DNA of 64,000 nt, from positions 4,685 to 68,684 of the forward strand of contig JAKBBU010000003.1 in the NCBI GenBank assembly GCA_021808365.1, given 5' to 3'. Made by a program: the position numbers and the translations under genes. Shown here in pieces: positions 62,391 to 64,000 of the stretch. Numbering within the stretch: position 1 is the stretch's first letter; each line of letters starts with the position of its first letter. This DNA comes from Pseudomonadota bacterium. Lineage in GTDB: Bacteria > Pseudomonadota > Gammaproteobacteria > JAKBBU01. The notes beneath the pieces were generated by a model. It was not told where the DNA came from, did not search any database, and saw nothing but the letters and a program-made list of their open reading frames with translations.

Positions 62391-62696
62391 TTGGCTAAAA
62401 CATCAATGATAATACGCGACCGTGATCGTACTGCGATGGTCAAACGCTTTGCCGCAAAGCGCAAAGCGTTGAAAGAAAAAACAGGCAATATCCACTTGGA
62501 TTATGATGAGCGGTTAGCGGCACAACAGGCTTTGCAAGATCTTCCTCGCGATGCGAGCCCAAGCCGCCAACAACGTCGTTGTGTACTCTGTGGGCGAACC
62601 CACAGTGTGTTTCGTAAATTTGGTTTATGTCGCATTCATCTTCGGGAATTTGCCATGAATGGTAAGATCCCTGGAATTAAAAAAGCGAGCTGGTAG
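62391..62696 (+). CDS. rpsN: 30S ribosomal protein S14 (probable TTG start; the track ORF is over-extended)
   Basis: (M)[23 protein letters not shown] vs E. coli S14. Confidence 0.8.
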   Translation: MAKTSMIIRDRDRTAMVKRFAAKRKALKEKTGNIHLDYDERLAAQQALQDLPRDASPSRQQRRCVLCGRTHSVFRKFGLCRIHLREFAMNGKIPGIKKASW

Positions 62697-62706
62697 GAGT
62701 AGAATA

Positions 62707-63102
62707 ATGAGTATGCAAGATCCAATCGCGGACATGTTGACACGTATACGTAATGCCCAGGCTGTAGAAAAAAAAGGTGTTTCCATGCCTTTTTCTAAGC
62801 TAAAAAAAGCAATTGCCCAAGTTTTAAAAGATGAAGGTTATATTGCTGACGTGAGCGTTGAGGAGCATGAGGGCAAGCGTGATTTAAGAATTGCACTTAA
62901 ATATCATCAAGGGCGCCCTGTGATTGAAATGATTAAACGCGTTAGCCGCCCAGGCCTTCGTATTTATCGTGGCAGCGATGCAATTCCACGAGTTTTGGGT
63001 GGTTTAGGTATTGCGATTGTATCGACCCCCAATGGCGTTATTACGGATCGCGAAGCGCGTCGTCTGCGTGTAGGTGGGGAAGTATTGTGTTTAGTTTCGT
63101 AG
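62707..63102 (+). CDS. rpsH: 30S ribosomal protein S8
   Basis: [17 protein letters not shown]. Confidence 0.9.
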   Translation: MSMQDPIADMLTRIRNAQAVEKKGVSMPFSKLKKAIAQVLKDEGYIADVSVEEHEGKRDLRIALKYHQGRPVIEMIKRVSRPGLRIYRGSDAIPRVLGGLGIAIVSTPNGVITDREARRLRVGGEVLCLVS

Positions 63103-63236
63103 GAGACGTCCATTTTTGGCCAATCTTGCACGAAAAATTTCTTCAAAGTGCTCATGTATGTCCTATACACTCCGCGCTTTTCATTAATTTTTCGTGCAAC
63201 CTTGGCTCAAAACTGAACGTCTCCCAACAGAGGTAG
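63103..63236 (-). mobile_element. MITE-like element, copy 3, in inverted orientation (rpsH-rplF spacer)
   Basis: Reverse complement matches copies 1 and 2 along its whole length; begins directly after the rpsH stop. Confidence 0.8.
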
Positions 63237-63242
63237 GTTAAA

Positions 63243-63782
63243 ATGGCATCAAGAGTAGGGCGCAACCCAATCACCTTGCCAAAGGGCGTTGAAGTGAAGC
63301 TCGATGGACAAAAAATTGCTGTTAAAGGCAGCAAAGGACAATTAAACCTTGAAATTCATTCTGTCATTGGTGTTTCTATGGAAGGCAATGTATTGCAATT
63401 CCAAATGAAAGAAGACAGCATCGCAGCGAATGCAATGATGGGTACAATGCGTGCCTTGACCAATAATATGGTCAAAGGTGTTCATGAAGGTTTTGAGCGC
63501 AAGCTCAAACTCGTTGGTGTAGGTTATCGAGCTCAAGCTAAAGGTAATATTTTAAATTTAGCACTTGGTTTTTCACATCCAGTTGATTATGAAATTCCCC
63601 AAGGCATTACGATCGAAACACCAACACAAACTGAAATTACGGTTCGTGGAATTGATAAACAATTAGTAGGCAGTGTCTCAGCAAAAATTCGGGCCTATCG
63701 TCCTCCTGAACCTTATAAGGGGAAAGGAATTTGTTATTCGGATGAAAAGATCATCCGCAAAGAGACCAAGAAGAAGAAATAA
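63243..63782 (+). CDS. rplF: 50S ribosomal protein L6
   Basis: 179 aa. Confidence 0.9.
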   Translation: MASRVGRNPITLPKGVEVKLDGQKIAVKGSKGQLNLEIHSVIGVSMEGNVLQFQMKEDSIAANAMMGTMRALTNNMVKGVHEGFERKLKLVGVGYRAQAKGNILNLALGFSHPVDYEIPQGITIETPTQTEITVRGIDKQLVGSVSAKIRAYRPPEPYKGKGICYSDEKIIRKETKKKK

Positions 63783-63824
63783 TTGTAAATTTGTTGCTGC
63801 AGAGTATCTAAAAAGGGTTTTATC

Positions 63825-64000
63825 ATGGATAAAAAAGCATCACGAGTTCGTCGTGGATTGCGTACGCGGTCTCACATTAAGCGCCTTTGCGTATCGCGTT
63901 TGAGTGTGCATCGTACGCCGCGGCATATTTATGCCCAGATTTTTGACGAGACCGGCACGCGTGTTTTAGCGGCTGCATCGAGTCTTGATGCGGCTATTCG
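63825..64000 (+). CDS. rplR: 50S ribosomal protein L18, 3'-truncated by the window edge
   Basis: [22 protein letters not shown]. Confidence 0.85.
   Translation, partial: MDKKASRVRRGLRTRSHIKRLCVSRLSVHRTPRHIYAQIFDETGTRVLAAASSLDAAI

Noticed and set aside
56604-63236. The three structured spacers might be ribosomal-protein autoregulatory leader RNAs (the L4, S8 or L20 type)
   Set aside because: They do not sit at the known regulatory junctions (upstream of rpsJ, rplE or rpsL-rpsG). They are mutually homologous, and one is inverted. A mobile or repeat element is more parsimonious.

Overview
This 64-kb window is chromosomal DNA from a low-GC (about 40%) Gram-negative gammaproteobacterium. A eukaryotic-like Ser/Thr kinase, a giant Asn/Lys-rich coiled-coil protein and abundant small palindromic repeats suggest an intracellular Legionellales-like lineage, but that is inference only. 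Conserved core blocks: the str operon (rpsL-rpsG-fusA-tuf); the start of the S10/spc ribosomal operons (rpsJ through rplR, partial at the 3' edge); an eight-gene his operon (hisG-D-C-B-H-A-F-IE, minus strand); glyQ-glyS-def; rpsF-rpsR-rplI-dnaB-alr; and rho, trxA, ubiD, rpoH, suhB, pyrC, psd and ihfB. Accessory and AT-rich material: a 5'-truncated giant FG-GAP/RTX adhesin; an island flanked by tRNA-Phe and tRNA-Ser that carries two paralogous beta-barrel OMP genes and the Ser/Thr kinase; a 1247-aa Asn/Lys-rich protein; an acidic repeat protein; a DUF4143-type AAA+ ATPase next to a possible papain-fold protease; a VapBC-type toxin-antitoxin (TA) pair; and several MFS/MATE transporters. The most striking sequence-level signal is at least four families of small palindromic, MITE/REP-like repeats. 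They sit in normally tight intergenic junctions, and in two cases inside annotated coding sequence. These include a roughly 140-bp element with terminal inverted repeats (TIRs), found in three copies inside the ribosomal-protein superoperon. All calls are from reading the sequence and the ORF track; no database searches were run.
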